In this document: in pieces, positions 1-8,229 of the stretch
Position numbering within the stretch: position 1 is the first letter of the stretch
Layout of the letters: each line of letters opens with the position of its first letter
Source: a virus
Lineage: Duplodnaviria > Caudoviricetes
Direction: 5' to 3' (one strand)
IMG/VR virus record: IMGVR_UViG_3300032221_000090
Coordinates: 1-28,237 of that record
Length of the DNA stretch: 28,237 nucleotides
Translations under genes and position numbers: made by a program
The notes under the pieces: model-generated
Database searches by the model: none
The model's input: the letters and a program-made list of their open reading frames with translations, nothing else
What the model was told of the DNA's origin: nothing

Positions 1-108
1 GTTGAAGCGGCCGACAACTGCCGCGCCTTCAGCACCGTTGAAGCCTTCCTCAAGTGGGCCAAGAAACACGGCGTTGATACCAACTGCGCGGAGTGGCGAT
101 GGCCCTAA
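1..108 (+). CDS. 3' part of a hypothetical protein (truncated by window edge)
   Basis: Frame 1 is open from base 1 (VEAADNCRAFSTVEAFLKWAKKHGVDTNCAEWRWP*), with TAA at 106-108 overlapping the lipase start region. Confidence 0.6.
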   Translation, partial: VEAADNCRAFSTVEAFLKWAKKHGVDTNCAEWRWP

Positions 109-683
109 GCCTCTACCACCTCCAGACCGCTGCCAGCCTGGCGCAGCAGGTTTACGAACGCCCCGCTGACTGGCTGGTCTACACCGAAGGCCTCACCCAA
201 TGGATTGCCATCGAAGGCAGCGATGAGCTGGCGGACTGGCGGCGCAACTTCGAGTTCTTCCTCACCAGCACCGACGAGCACCTGGGCTTTGGCGCCTACG
301 CCCGCGAACTGATGGCACAGATGTGGGCCAGCCACATTGAACTTGACCCGAACAAAACCATCGTTCTCTGCGGCCACAGCCTTGGCGGTGCCGTGGCGAC
401 GATCATGGCGGCCCAACTGCAAGACCAGTTGCCGCTGTTGGAGCTGGTGACTTTTGGCTCACCACGCCCTGGCGGGGCGAAACTCGCAGCACGGTTACGG
501 GTGCCGCATCACCGCTTTGTGCACGCGGACGACGTGGTCCCGCACATGCCCCTATGGGCTGCAGGTTTTCGCCATACAGCGCCGGCTTTGCAGCTTGAAC
601 CGTTCAGTCCTGTTCACGTACTGAACGGCATCAAAGATCACGACATGAACGCCTACAGAAAGTTGATCAATGGCCAAGCGTGA
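93..683 (+). CDS. Class-3 lipase-like alpha/beta hydrolase (start GTG93 or ATG99)
   Basis: GHSLGG nucleophile elbow, TFGSPR, HADDVVPHMP (catalytic Asp) and a C-terminal DHDMNAY (catalytic His), in Lipase_3 order. Confidence 0.9.
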   Translation: MAMALSLYHLQTAASLAQQVYERPADWLVYTEGLTQWIAIEGSDELADWRRNFEFFLTSTDEHLGFGAYARELMAQMWASHIELDPNKTIVLCGHSLGGAVATIMAAQLQDQLPLLELVTFGSPRPGGAKLAARLRVPHHRFVHADDVVPHMPLWAAGFRHTAPALQLEPFSPVHVLNGIKDHDMNAYRKLINGQA

Positions 684-987
684 CGCATTCGTAGCCAAGG
701 GCCTTCGCATCGAATCGTGGCGCGACTTCGATGGGCGGGTCTTTGTCTGCTGGAAGCCTGATGTTTCCATCTACTGCCGCACCCGCAAAGACGTGATTCG
801 CTTTGCCGCGTGGCCAGTGAAGACACCGACAGGTGATGCGCTTCGCGCTCAGCTCGACAGCTGGGAGGCGATGGACCTCGAAAGAAAGGGGGCCGTTGAA
901 TCCCCCGTCGGTGATGCCAATGTCGAGGGTTCTTTCGATCCCCTAGCTCACGATGTAGACAACGACAACACGAAGATGATCACCTGA
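670..987 (+). CDS. Hypothetical phage protein, 105 aa
   Basis: ATG start overlaps the lipase end; natural-looking composition; no recognisable motif. Confidence 0.7.
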   Translation: MAKRDAFVAKGLRIESWRDFDGRVFVCWKPDVSIYCRTRKDVIRFAAWPVKTPTGDALRAQLDSWEAMDLERKGAVESPVGDANVEGSFDPLAHDVDNDNTKMIT

Positions 988-996
988 GCACGACCC

Positions 997-1022
997 AAAT
1001 AGAAAGGGGCCATAAAGACCCC
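997..1022 (-). terminator. Probable intrinsic terminator at the end of the tail operon
   Basis: Minus strand reads GGGGTC-TTTAT-GGCCCC-TTTCTATTT, between convergent genes. Confidence 0.55.
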
Positions 1023-1096
1023 AGGACCCCAACCCATACCGGTGCTCAAGGGCTCTCTGACCGCCCCTCGCATCATGCCGCTGGTGGGGGCACTAA

Positions 1097-1474
1097 TCAA
1101 TCAGCATCAGGAAGTTCAGGGACTTGTAACCAGCCCTTGCCTTCCTCCCACACGAAATGCCCGTTGGTGGGTTCAGGAACTGGCGGCTCCCACCTGCAGG
1201 TGTCTTCATTGAGCACCCAATCGGAAAACATCTGCGGCGGGATGAACGCATCTCGTTTTGCGTCGTAGCGATAGCCGATGCCGGCGTAGTTCTTCCTGAT
1301 GTTGTGGTTGTAGGAGGTCTGCAGCCAGGTGGTGTGCTCACCTGTCACCGAGCGGCAGAAGGCGATGCCTGTCTGTTCACACTCATCGCCTTTGTGGTTC
1401 AGGCAATCGTCATTGCCAACAACGATGACCTGCAACACCAGGCCGTGTTCATCGATCTGAGCAAAATGCGCCAT
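1097..1474 (-). CDS. Small conserved phage protein (MAHFA...WxQTSYN...RKNYAGIGY family), probable partner or chaperone of the glycine-rich fibre tip
   Basis: Recognisable motifs MAHFAQ, WLQTSYN, RKNYAGIGY and DAFIPPQ; directly follows the glycine-rich gene, a pairing I recall from aquatic phages. Confidence 0.75.
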   Translation of the reverse strand: MAHFAQIDEHGLVLQVIVVGNDDCLNHKGDECEQTGIAFCRSVTGEHTTWLQTSYNHNIRKNYAGIGYRYDAKRDAFIPPQMFSDWVLNEDTCRWEPPVPEPTNGHFVWEEGKGWLQVPELPDAD

Positions 1475-1476
1475 GA

Positions 1477-2421
1477 CTAGAAGGTGATGGATCCTGATCC
1501 GGTGAACCTGTAGACGCGGTAACCCGAGCGGGTAGGCATCGTGTAGGTCCCGGTCACTGTTGGCTCTGCATAGGTGTTTCTGTAAGCAATAACCAAAACG
1601 CCAGAAGAGGCGGAAGTATCAGAACCGCTTGCGCCGCAGCCTGTGTTGGCCGCTGCGTTGTGGCCGGTGCCGCCAGCTTGGGGAGACGTGCCATAGGACC
1701 CGCCGCCTGCCGCGTAGTAAGCCGTCGCGCCCGTGATGGCGTAGCTCGACCCAGGCCCGCCTTTCCCCTGGGCTGAAGTGACATTGGCAGCGTTGCCGCC
1801 CCTGCCTCCACCGCCGGCAGCCCCAAGCGTCGTCACGTTGCCGCCATTGCCGCCCACGTCACCCTCGCCACCTGTTGCGCTGCCGCTGGCGTTTGCGCCA
1901 CCACCGCCGCACCCGCCGCTCGAGCCGTTCTTCAACGTGCTGAATCCGCCGCGGCCACCACCATTTGCGAAGGTAGTGCTGATCTTCGTTTGATTGCCAA
2001 ACGCCGTACCTGAACCGCCGGCGCCAATGACGATGTCGTATTTGAAGCCCGGCGTCACCCTCCAGGTAGTTGTGTAATTGCAGCCGCCACCGCCACCGCC
2101 GCCTGTGTAGGTGCCGCTCCCTTTGCCACCACCACCTGCAACCATCAGAAGCTCGACCGTGGTCGGGGAAGGCAGCGCAGGCACCGCCTTAATGTCTGCG
2201 ACCGTTGCGTGATACAGCGTCCCTGAGCGCAACACCAACATCACGTCAGTGTTGGGCAGTGTCCCGTAGCTGGTCCCCAATGCCCAGTAGTCGACACCAG
2301 CTCGATTCACAAGGATGTAATCGCTGGCTGTCAGCGCACCAAGCCGCGACAACGTGCAGCGATACAACGCCCCGCTGCGCTGCACAATCGTTTCGTCGGT
2401 GGCTGGAATGACAGTAGACAT
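1477..2421 (-). CDS. Glycine-rich receptor-binding/adhesin-like tail protein
   Basis: VELLMVAGGGG...GGGGGGG...YYAAGGG...SGVLVIAY...YRVYRFTGSGSITF glycine-rich domain; its N-terminal ~80 aa are paralogous to those of 2427..4022. Confidence 0.75.
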   Translation of the reverse strand: MSTVIPATDETIVQRSGALYRCTLSRLGALTASDYILVNRAGVDYWALGTSYGTLPNTDVMLVLRSGTLYHATVADIKAVPALPSPTTVELLMVAGGGGKGSGTYTGGGGGGGCNYTTTWRVTPGFKYDIVIGAGGSGTAFGNQTKISTTFANGGGRGGFSTLKNGSSGGCGGGGANASGSATGGEGDVGGNGGNVTTLGAAGGGGRGGNAANVTSAQGKGGPGSSYAITGATAYYAAGGGSYGTSPQAGGTGHNAAANTGCGASGSDTSASSGVLVIAYRNTYAEPTVTGTYTMPTRSGYRVYRFTGSGSITF

Positions 2422-2426
2422 TGCGA

Positions 2427-4022
2427 TCAGCCCCCTGGGTAGTAAGCAATTCGAGTGGCCTGGCTGGTGTAAGTGCTCGACGCCAAGTAAAAGTAGTTCT
2501 TCATAAAGGTGCCCGCGTAGTAATCCCCACCATTTGCATAGGTCCCCGAGAAGCCACCGTGCTGCCCTGCAGCGAGCGTGCCATCACTATTTGTCCAGAA
2601 GCCATCTCCGATCGCGCCTTTCAGATCTGCACTGGTGGTCGTGGTCGTTGTGCCACCGGGGAGAAGCCCGATGTTGTTAGGCGTCAATGCGACGATCACG
2701 CTGTTTGTGTAGCCGACTGCGACTTCACCCAAATAGGTGTAATCCGCGGTGATGGTGTCGGCCCACTTGGTTGGATCGTTGCAGGTATAGAGAGCAGTGC
2801 CTTGGGCATTGATGCCGTCCATCCATTGCCAAGCAACGCCGTAGATGTTCTCAAGCCCCCTGTAACTCACACAGGCTGATGCGACTGCGCTGTAGGCGGT
2901 ATGGAAGCGGTTGCCCTTTGAATCGCTTTGGCCCGTTGTCCTGGTGTAATCCATGGCGATTGAAGGCCCAAGGCCCATGGCCCGCTGTGAGTTCAGGTCC
3001 TGAAACTCCGTCATCAGCAACCACTGGATTGCATTCCAATCCCAAAACCCCATCAAATGCCAACCGGCGCCGCGGTTCGTCGCAGCCGTCCGCGCTGTAA
3101 CTCTTGACATGCTGGCAACGTTCACAACGCCACTATTTGAGTTGGCGCCGCCTGTACCGCTAGCCATGTAGGCACCCACATAGATGTGGCTCCTGTACGT
3201 GCCATTCGCGCGCACAAATGCAGGATGCACCTGGAAACCGTCATTGGTTTTCTCCCCCAGGGTGATCTTGAACGTGTGCGTGAAAGTGCTCGCCGAACTC
3301 ATCGACACGCTAAATAGCGGGATCTCAACCATCACTGGGGTGGTGGTCGTGGTCAACGAAGCAGCTACACCTGTGCCGTAGTTCGGCGAGTTGGCAGTGT
3401 TAGACACGCCGCGGACCCTACATTCCCACACTTCGTTGTTAGAGATAACGCGATCACCTACTTCGTAGGTGACGCCACTTGCCCAGGGCAGCACACCTGC
3501 CCTTAGCTTTGTATTCGCGACCTCGGTAGTACTAAATGCGCCCGTATAGGGCTCTGAGATTACTGATGTCTCAACTAGCCGCAGCCAGCTGGTTTTCATC
3601 CTCGAGCCAGAGGAGTCTGCATTCAGGTAATACTGAACAACCCCAGCATTGCTGATAACGCAGCGCCGCAGCTTGGTATGAACAGAGATGTCTCGATCGG
3701 CTACTGCTTCTCGCGTGTAGACGTCGCTGTTTATCTCTACCGTGAAGCCGGGATAGACGACGGGTGGGGTCAGGGCGCGACGCACATCTGACACGTTGAC
3801 GTAATACGCGGTGCCCATCCGCACCACCAGCAGGGCGTCTGTAGTCCGCAGCGCATCGAAGTTTTGCGCAGGTGTGTAGTAATCCGTGCCGCCACGACTC
3901 ACCAGGATGTAGTCGGTGGGCGTGAAGTTACCGGTAGAGCTGAGCTTGCCGATGTTTGTGCGGTAGAGAGTCCCGCTGCGCTGAACAAAAATCTCGTCAG
4001 TTGCAGGAACAACCGTGCTCAT
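2427..4022 (-). CDS. Receptor-binding tail protein with a CBM5/12-like insert and a C-terminal C-type-lectin/FGE-like domain
   Basis: PWASGVTYEVGDRVISNNEVWEC (CBM5/12-like); MVEIP...HPAF...IYVGAY...YRGLENIYGVAWQWMDG...GG...AG.F...TRI (resembles the Mtd/CLec fold). Confidence 0.7.
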   Translation of the reverse strand: MSTVVPATDEIFVQRSGTLYRTNIGKLSSTGNFTPTDYILVSRGGTDYYTPAQNFDALRTTDALLVVRMGTAYYVNVSDVRRALTPPVVYPGFTVEINSDVYTREAVADRDISVHTKLRRCVISNAGVVQYYLNADSSGSRMKTSWLRLVETSVISEPYTGAFSTTEVANTKLRAGVLPWASGVTYEVGDRVISNNEVWECRVRGVSNTANSPNYGTGVAASLTTTTTPVMVEIPLFSVSMSSASTFTHTFKITLGEKTNDGFQVHPAFVRANGTYRSHIYVGAYMASGTGGANSNSGVVNVASMSRVTARTAATNRGAGWHLMGFWDWNAIQWLLMTEFQDLNSQRAMGLGPSIAMDYTRTTGQSDSKGNRFHTAYSAVASACVSYRGLENIYGVAWQWMDGINAQGTALYTCNDPTKWADTITADYTYLGEVAVGYTNSVIVALTPNNIGLLPGGTTTTTTSADLKGAIGDGFWTNSDGTLAAGQHGGFSGTYANGGDYYAGTFMKNYFYLASSTYTSQATRIAYYPGG

Positions 4023-5029
4023 GGCAGCTGCGGCAGCGACGTGATGTTTTTGGGTAGATAGAGGCTGTCGGACTCGCTCTTGGTATAAACCAGGCTGCGG
4101 CTGTAGACGTCGGTCAAGTTGGCCTTGCCCGAGATTGCAGAAGCCAGACCAGCGGGGTGCACGGCTCGGGTGGTATCAGCGCCTGACTGTGTCTCGGCAG
4201 CCGTCGCCAACTCAACGATGCCCGCGACGTTCTCCGTTGCTGCCGGTACGTTGGCGCTGCCGCCACCTGCTGCAACCGCAGTAGTCACAAACGCAGTCGT
4301 GGCGATCTGCTGCGTGTTTGTCCCTGGGTTTGCTGTTGGTGCTGTTGGTGTTCCCGTCAGCGCAGGCGACAGCAGGTTGGCCTTCAGATCGAGCTGTGCC
4401 TTCAAGCCAGCAGGATGCACGGCGCGGGTGCTGTCTGTTCCTGTACCCGTCTCGGCGGAGGTCGCCAGCTCGACAATGCCTGCCGCGTTCTCACTGGCAG
4501 CACTGGGCAACAGTGTTTTGAGCACATCCGACGTCACAGCGCGGCTGGCCGTACCAGCAGACACATCGCCCGCAGTCGCCAGTTGAACGACGCCCGTTGC
4601 GCTCGTGGTTGCGAGTCCCGCCTGCGTGTCAACCGAGATCCATTGCGTCCCGGTGTAGATCTGAAGGAGAGGGCTTGCACCGCTGGTGTTCGCCCAGAGG
4701 TCACCTGTTACCGCAGGCGTCGGCGCTGACGAACCTGATTTGAGGCCATGGGTTGCAGCCACCCAGCTCGTGCCGTTCCATACCTTCAGAACAGGCGCGC
4801 TAGTGACAGTCGTATCTACCCACAGCTGACCATTGCTCGGGCCAGCCGGTGGTGTTGCACTGATTGTCGAACCACCCAGACGGCGAACATTCCCGTCTGA
4901 ATCCTTAATGCAGAGAAACGGATCATTTGAGTTGTAGTTGACCCCGATCTGTCCAACTGAAATCGCCGTTGGCCCCGGCAACTTCCCCGCAACAGTGGAC
5001 CGCAAGTGTCGGAACTGGGGAAGTGCCAT
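4019..5029 (-). CDS. Tail fibre protein with GxVxLAT repeats
   Basis: N-terminal LRSTVAGKLP...GQIGVN...DPFLCIKDSDG; two G(Q/D)LWxxT...LxxxxGTxW units; three GxVxLAT repeats; SPALTGTPTAPT...TQQIATTAFV fibre motif. Confidence 0.8.
   Translation of the reverse strand: MALPQFRHLRSTVAGKLPGPTAISVGQIGVNYNSNDPFLCIKDSDGNVRRLGGSTISATPPAGPSNGQLWVDTTVTSAPVLKVWNGTSWVAATHGLKSGSSAPTPAVTGDLWANTSGASPLLQIYTGTQWISVDTQAGLATTSATGVVQLATAGDVSAGTASRAVTSDVLKTLLPSAASENAAGIVELATSAETGTGTDSTRAVHPAGLKAQLDLKANLLSPALTGTPTAPTANPGTNTQQIATTAFVTTAVAAGGGSANVPAATENVAGIVELATAAETQSGADTTRAVHPAGLASAISGKANLTDVYSRSLVYTKSESDSLYLPKNITSLPQLP
4146..4600 (-). repeat. Three intragenic fibre repeats
   Basis: GVVQLATAGDVSAGTASRAVTSDVL / GIVELATSAETGTGTDSTRAVHPAGL / GIVELATAAETQSGADTTRAVHPAGL; the last two are also similar at DNA level (~4148-4234 vs ~4407-4491). 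Confidence 0.85.
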
Positions 5030-5059
5030 GACTATCTAGTCAGAAGAGCCCGAAGGCAT

Positions 5060-5078
5060 GTGCCTAAAGCTTAGGCAC
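5060..5078. promoter_or_regulatory. Perfect 8-bp inverted repeat overlapping a TAAGCT promoter-like box (5068-5073, minus strand)
   Basis: GTGCCTAA-AGC-TTAGGCAC; the box lies 38 nt upstream of ATG5029. Confidence 0.45.
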
Positions 5079-6880
5079 TAGCTCCAGGTGCCCTCATCAA
5101 GGATGCTTCGATTGACCCATTGCCCATTGGATCCGTACACCAGCAAGTCGCCTTCTGTAGGGGTGCCGAGCACAACGTCGAGCAGGTCAGCCAATGTCGA
5201 GCTACCGCCCGCACCGCCGCCACCGCCACTATTCAGCGTATTGATGCGAACGAAACCAGCCGCCAGGCCGTGCGACAGCAACCAGTCGCCCGCGTCAAAC
5301 ACCGCGTTGTTGGCGTAGCTGATGTTATTGCCTGGGGCTGAGGCAACGAAGTACAGGCCAGCGTTGGAGTCGTTCGCTCCAGGTACTGCATTGCCTACAA
5401 CGATTCCCTCGGCGGTGCCGAGCTGCGTCACACCCGTAACCAGGCCGGTCGAGGCGTCGTACGTGCCGCCATACCGCAGGTTCTTGTTGTAAAGAAGACT
5501 GCCGCCAGTCCGCATCCAGCTGTTGCCGTTCCATACAGCAACTTCGCCCGTGCTTTCTTTCAACCACTGCGTGCCGATGGGGTACGCGCCCACCAGCGCA
5601 GACGGAGTGTTCTCCTGCACCAAAGTGGTGGAGTAGTCCATCAGCTGCTGAACGCTGATGCTCCTGTCAGCAATCAGTGCGCGGTTCAACGTGCCGCTGA
5701 TCAACAGCGACGCATCGTGGGGTGGCAGGTCGGAAGCGGTCAGCGGGCCACCTGAGACGACGTGCCCACGGGCATCGATCTCGACCTTGGCGTAGGTGCC
5801 AGGTGTCACGTTGCTGCTCAGGTGGGTGAGCTGCCCCTGGGCACCAATAGAAAGAGAGCCGCCCGCTACAACTGAAACGCCGCCGATTGTCGTTGTGGTG
5901 GCGGGGACAATGTTTGTTGTGCCGTCTGCTGTGACGCTCAGAGTGGCGCCAGGCTTGATCGCACCAACTGCGCTGCTGGTCGCCAGTGGCAGGTCAACAT
6001 CGGCAATACGGCGGAAGGTCGGCGCAGCGTCGCCGCCACTGCTCGGCCCCGCCCAGAAGCGGTTCGCTTGCTGCAGGTCAAGCGTTACATCGATGCCCAA
6101 CACAGAGCCGTTCGTGACGGCAAAGTTCAGCGGTGTCCCGACCTCACTCACCGACACGCTGCGAGCACCGGCGTGCTCAACCCAGCCGTTTGCTGTGTAG
6201 GTGTAGCTGACGTTGGTGAGTTCGTTGAATGCCCCTTGGCCGATGAAGTCGCCGGGTGTTGTTGGCGGGCCAGACACCACGATGCCCGCAGACTGATCCG
6301 CAAGCTTTTCGGCCGTGACGGCATCAGTGCCGATCTTGATGGCCGTGATCGCCGCATCCGTAATCGAGCGGGTCAGAACAGCGTTGTCGCCAAGCGTCGT
6401 GACAAAACTGCCCGTACCAGAACCATTAACGGCACCGGTGAGCGTGATGGTCTGGTCGCCTGTGTTGGTGCCGCTGCTAGTGCCGCTAAAGCTGCTGCCA
6501 TTCACCCAGCTGCCGGTCTTGTCTGCGAGGTTGCCCAGGCCCAATGCAGACCGCAGAGTCGCTGAATCAGCGGAGGCCAGGATGTCTCGCCCAAGCTGCG
6601 TGCAACGCAACTCCTGGATCGGGCCCGGCGTGCTGCTAACGCCAAGCACCACATCCGTCTGGTTGCTGTGCAGCACCGCTGGGTCAAGACCCAGGCTCAC
6701 ATCGAGCTTGCCGATCGGGATCGACCCCGGATCAATCAGCGCCAGACCGCCTTGGAATAGGTCCTTGGTGGTGATCGCCTTGGTCTCAGACGCTGACAGG
6801 TCGGATACAGGCAGCAGATCAGTTGCCGATAGATCCGCCTCTGGCAGGCGCGTCAGGGCTGAGATTCTGGTATCTGCCAC
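5078..6880 (-). CDS. Proximal tail fibre/baseplate-attached protein
   Basis: MADTRISALT...DLLPVSDLSASETKAIT N-terminus; AVTxxKI repeats; GTNTGDQTITLTG; GTYAKVEIDARGHV; C-terminal LADLLDV...EGDLLVY...W...LDEGTW. Confidence 0.8.
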   Translation of the reverse strand: MADTRISALTRLPEADLSATDLLPVSDLSASETKAITTKDLFQGGLALIDPGSIPIGKLDVSLGLDPAVLHSNQTDVVLGVSSTPGPIQELRCTQLGRDILASADSATLRSALGLGNLADKTGSWVNGSSFSGTSSGTNTGDQTITLTGAVNGSGTGSFVTTLGDNAVLTRSITDAAITAIKIGTDAVTAEKLADQSAGIVVSGPPTTPGDFIGQGAFNELTNVSYTYTANGWVEHAGARSVSVSEVGTPLNFAVTNGSVLGIDVTLDLQQANRFWAGPSSGGDAAPTFRRIADVDLPLATSSAVGAIKPGATLSVTADGTTNIVPATTTTIGGVSVVAGGSLSIGAQGQLTHLSSNVTPGTYAKVEIDARGHVVSGGPLTASDLPPHDASLLISGTLNRALIADRSISVQQLMDYSTTLVQENTPSALVGAYPIGTQWLKESTGEVAVWNGNSWMRTGGSLLYNKNLRYGGTYDASTGLVTGVTQLGTAEGIVVGNAVPGANDSNAGLYFVASAPGNNISYANNAVFDAGDWLLSHGLAAGFVRINTLNSGGGGGAGGSSTLADLLDVVLGTPTEGDLLVYGSNGQWVNRSILDEGTWS

Positions 6881-6909
6881 GGCGTCGAGCCAAATGTGGT
6901 GCTAGAGGC

Positions 6910-6915
6910 AGTTTA
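6910..6915 (-). promoter_or_regulatory. TAAACT(G) promoter-like box
   Basis: 29 nt upstream of GTG6880; its TAA is the stop codon of 6913..7788. Confidence 0.5.
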
Positions 6916-7788
6916 GTCAGCCGGTTCAGTCAGCAGATAATCAACGTCTTGTTCCCGCATCATGCGGTCGTAATCTTCCATCAAGATGTACTCAGAGCCT
7001 TCGCCTACGCGGAGAGCAAACTCTCCTGTTGTCACGAAATCAACCGCCAGTTCAATTAAACTTGTCGGCGATACGGTCACGCCCGCGCGTGTAATCACAG
7101 CCCGCATCTCGTAGTAAATCGGAGCCTCAGGCGTCGGTGTCGCCACCGTCAAGATGAGGTCGATCTCAGCGCCCATGTCGGCACGCAACAGCATCTGGGG
7201 CAAGATCATGCTCACCTCTGTCTCGCCGCCGCCTGCAACAGCGCACATCCCGCCCTTCACCTGGAAGTAGCAGTCGATCGTGCCGCTGCCCGTAATCGTC
7301 CCTGCGCTGTACTGCTCAGAGAACAACTCGCCAAGCGTGGTGACATCCACAGCTTCTCGGTCTGTGTTGAACGTGTAGCTCGAAACTGCGCCCAAGGGCC
7401 TAGTCCCTGTGTCCTTGAGTTCTGCTGTGATCTGAATCGGATCACCCGAAAAGTCGAGGAGATGCGCCGCTTTGTCTCGATCGTTGTTCAACGCATCGGC
7501 AAACGTGCGGTAAAGACGCAGGCCGCCCATCGCGTTCACGTGGGCGTAGAACGTGGCGCTGTTGTGAACCACGTTGTCCGCCCACCAGTCCGGTGGGATG
7601 AACGCCAAGCCGCGCGGGTCGCCCGTTGTGATCTCGACGCGATCGCCAGTCAGGATGTTGCTCTCATCCCCCGCAAAGCCAAACCGCTTGACAACCGTGT
7701 TGACGTCGGATGGCTTTACTTCGCTGCGGATCGATTCGCCAGCAGCCCGACCGATCTGAACGCAACCGCTGCCGCCAGTGATGATCAT
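6913..7788 (-). CDS. Tail-tube-fold-like tail-tip protein with an inserted domain
   Basis: GAVSSYTFNTDREAVDVTTLG...AGTITGSGTIDCYF...VDFVTTG parallels the tube motifs of 17013..17795. Confidence 0.65.
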   Translation of the reverse strand: MIITGGSGCVQIGRAAGESIRSEVKPSDVNTVVKRFGFAGDESNILTGDRVEITTGDPRGLAFIPPDWWADNVVHNSATFYAHVNAMGGLRLYRTFADALNNDRDKAAHLLDFSGDPIQITAELKDTGTRPLGAVSSYTFNTDREAVDVTTLGELFSEQYSAGTITGSGTIDCYFQVKGGMCAVAGGGETEVSMILPQMLLRADMGAEIDLILTVATPTPEAPIYYEMRAVITRAGVTVSPTSLIELAVDFVTTGEFALRVGEGSEYILMEDYDRMMREQDVDYLLTEPAD

Positions 7789-8219
7789 GCGCCCAGCCCC
7801 TGCACGAAGTCGCCGTCCATCGTGAAGCTGATCTCAACTGAACCCACCTCATTGGTGGCGCTGCCCAAGCTCACGGTCGTGAGCCATGCCTTGAGCACAA
7901 GCTGATCAAGAAAGGTTGGGCCCATCGATAGCGTCAACTCCACACGATCAGACGGGCTAGGGATTCCGCTTCTCACCAGCTTTTGGATCAGCTTTGAAAA
8001 CTCCGTGTAGGGCGTCTGCTGCCTGCTGCTCAGGCGGTAGTAATAGAGCTGCGCCGTGCCGGTCGCGGTTCGCTTCCCAGGCGTGTAGGTCTCAACGAAA
8101 TCGCTGATCTTGGTCGTGCGAAGCGCTTCCTGATCGACTGACAGCTCCCATCGCGCAACCTTGGCGACAGGTTTGCCGAGGTAGACAAGACTGCCAGTGC
8201 GGCCGGTAAAGAAGCCCAT
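7785..8219 (-). CDS. Tail-tube-fold-like minor tail protein
   Basis: FTGRTGSL...AKVARWELSVDQEALRTT...PGKRTATGTAQLYY...VEISFTMDG; GAGGAGG Shine-Dalgarno sequence upstream. Confidence 0.7.
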   Translation of the reverse strand: MGFFTGRTGSLVYLGKPVAKVARWELSVDQEALRTTKISDFVETYTPGKRTATGTAQLYYYRLSSRQQTPYTEFSKLIQKLVRSGIPSPSDRVELTLSMGPTFLDQLVLKAWLTTVSLGSATNEVGSVEISFTMDGDFVQGLGA

Positions 8220-8229
8220 CGCTACCTCC

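Noticed and set aside
1477-5029. Invertible tail-fibre cassette (Mu G / P1 C type)
   Set aside because: All fibre genes have the same orientation, with no flanking inverted repeats or invertase seen.
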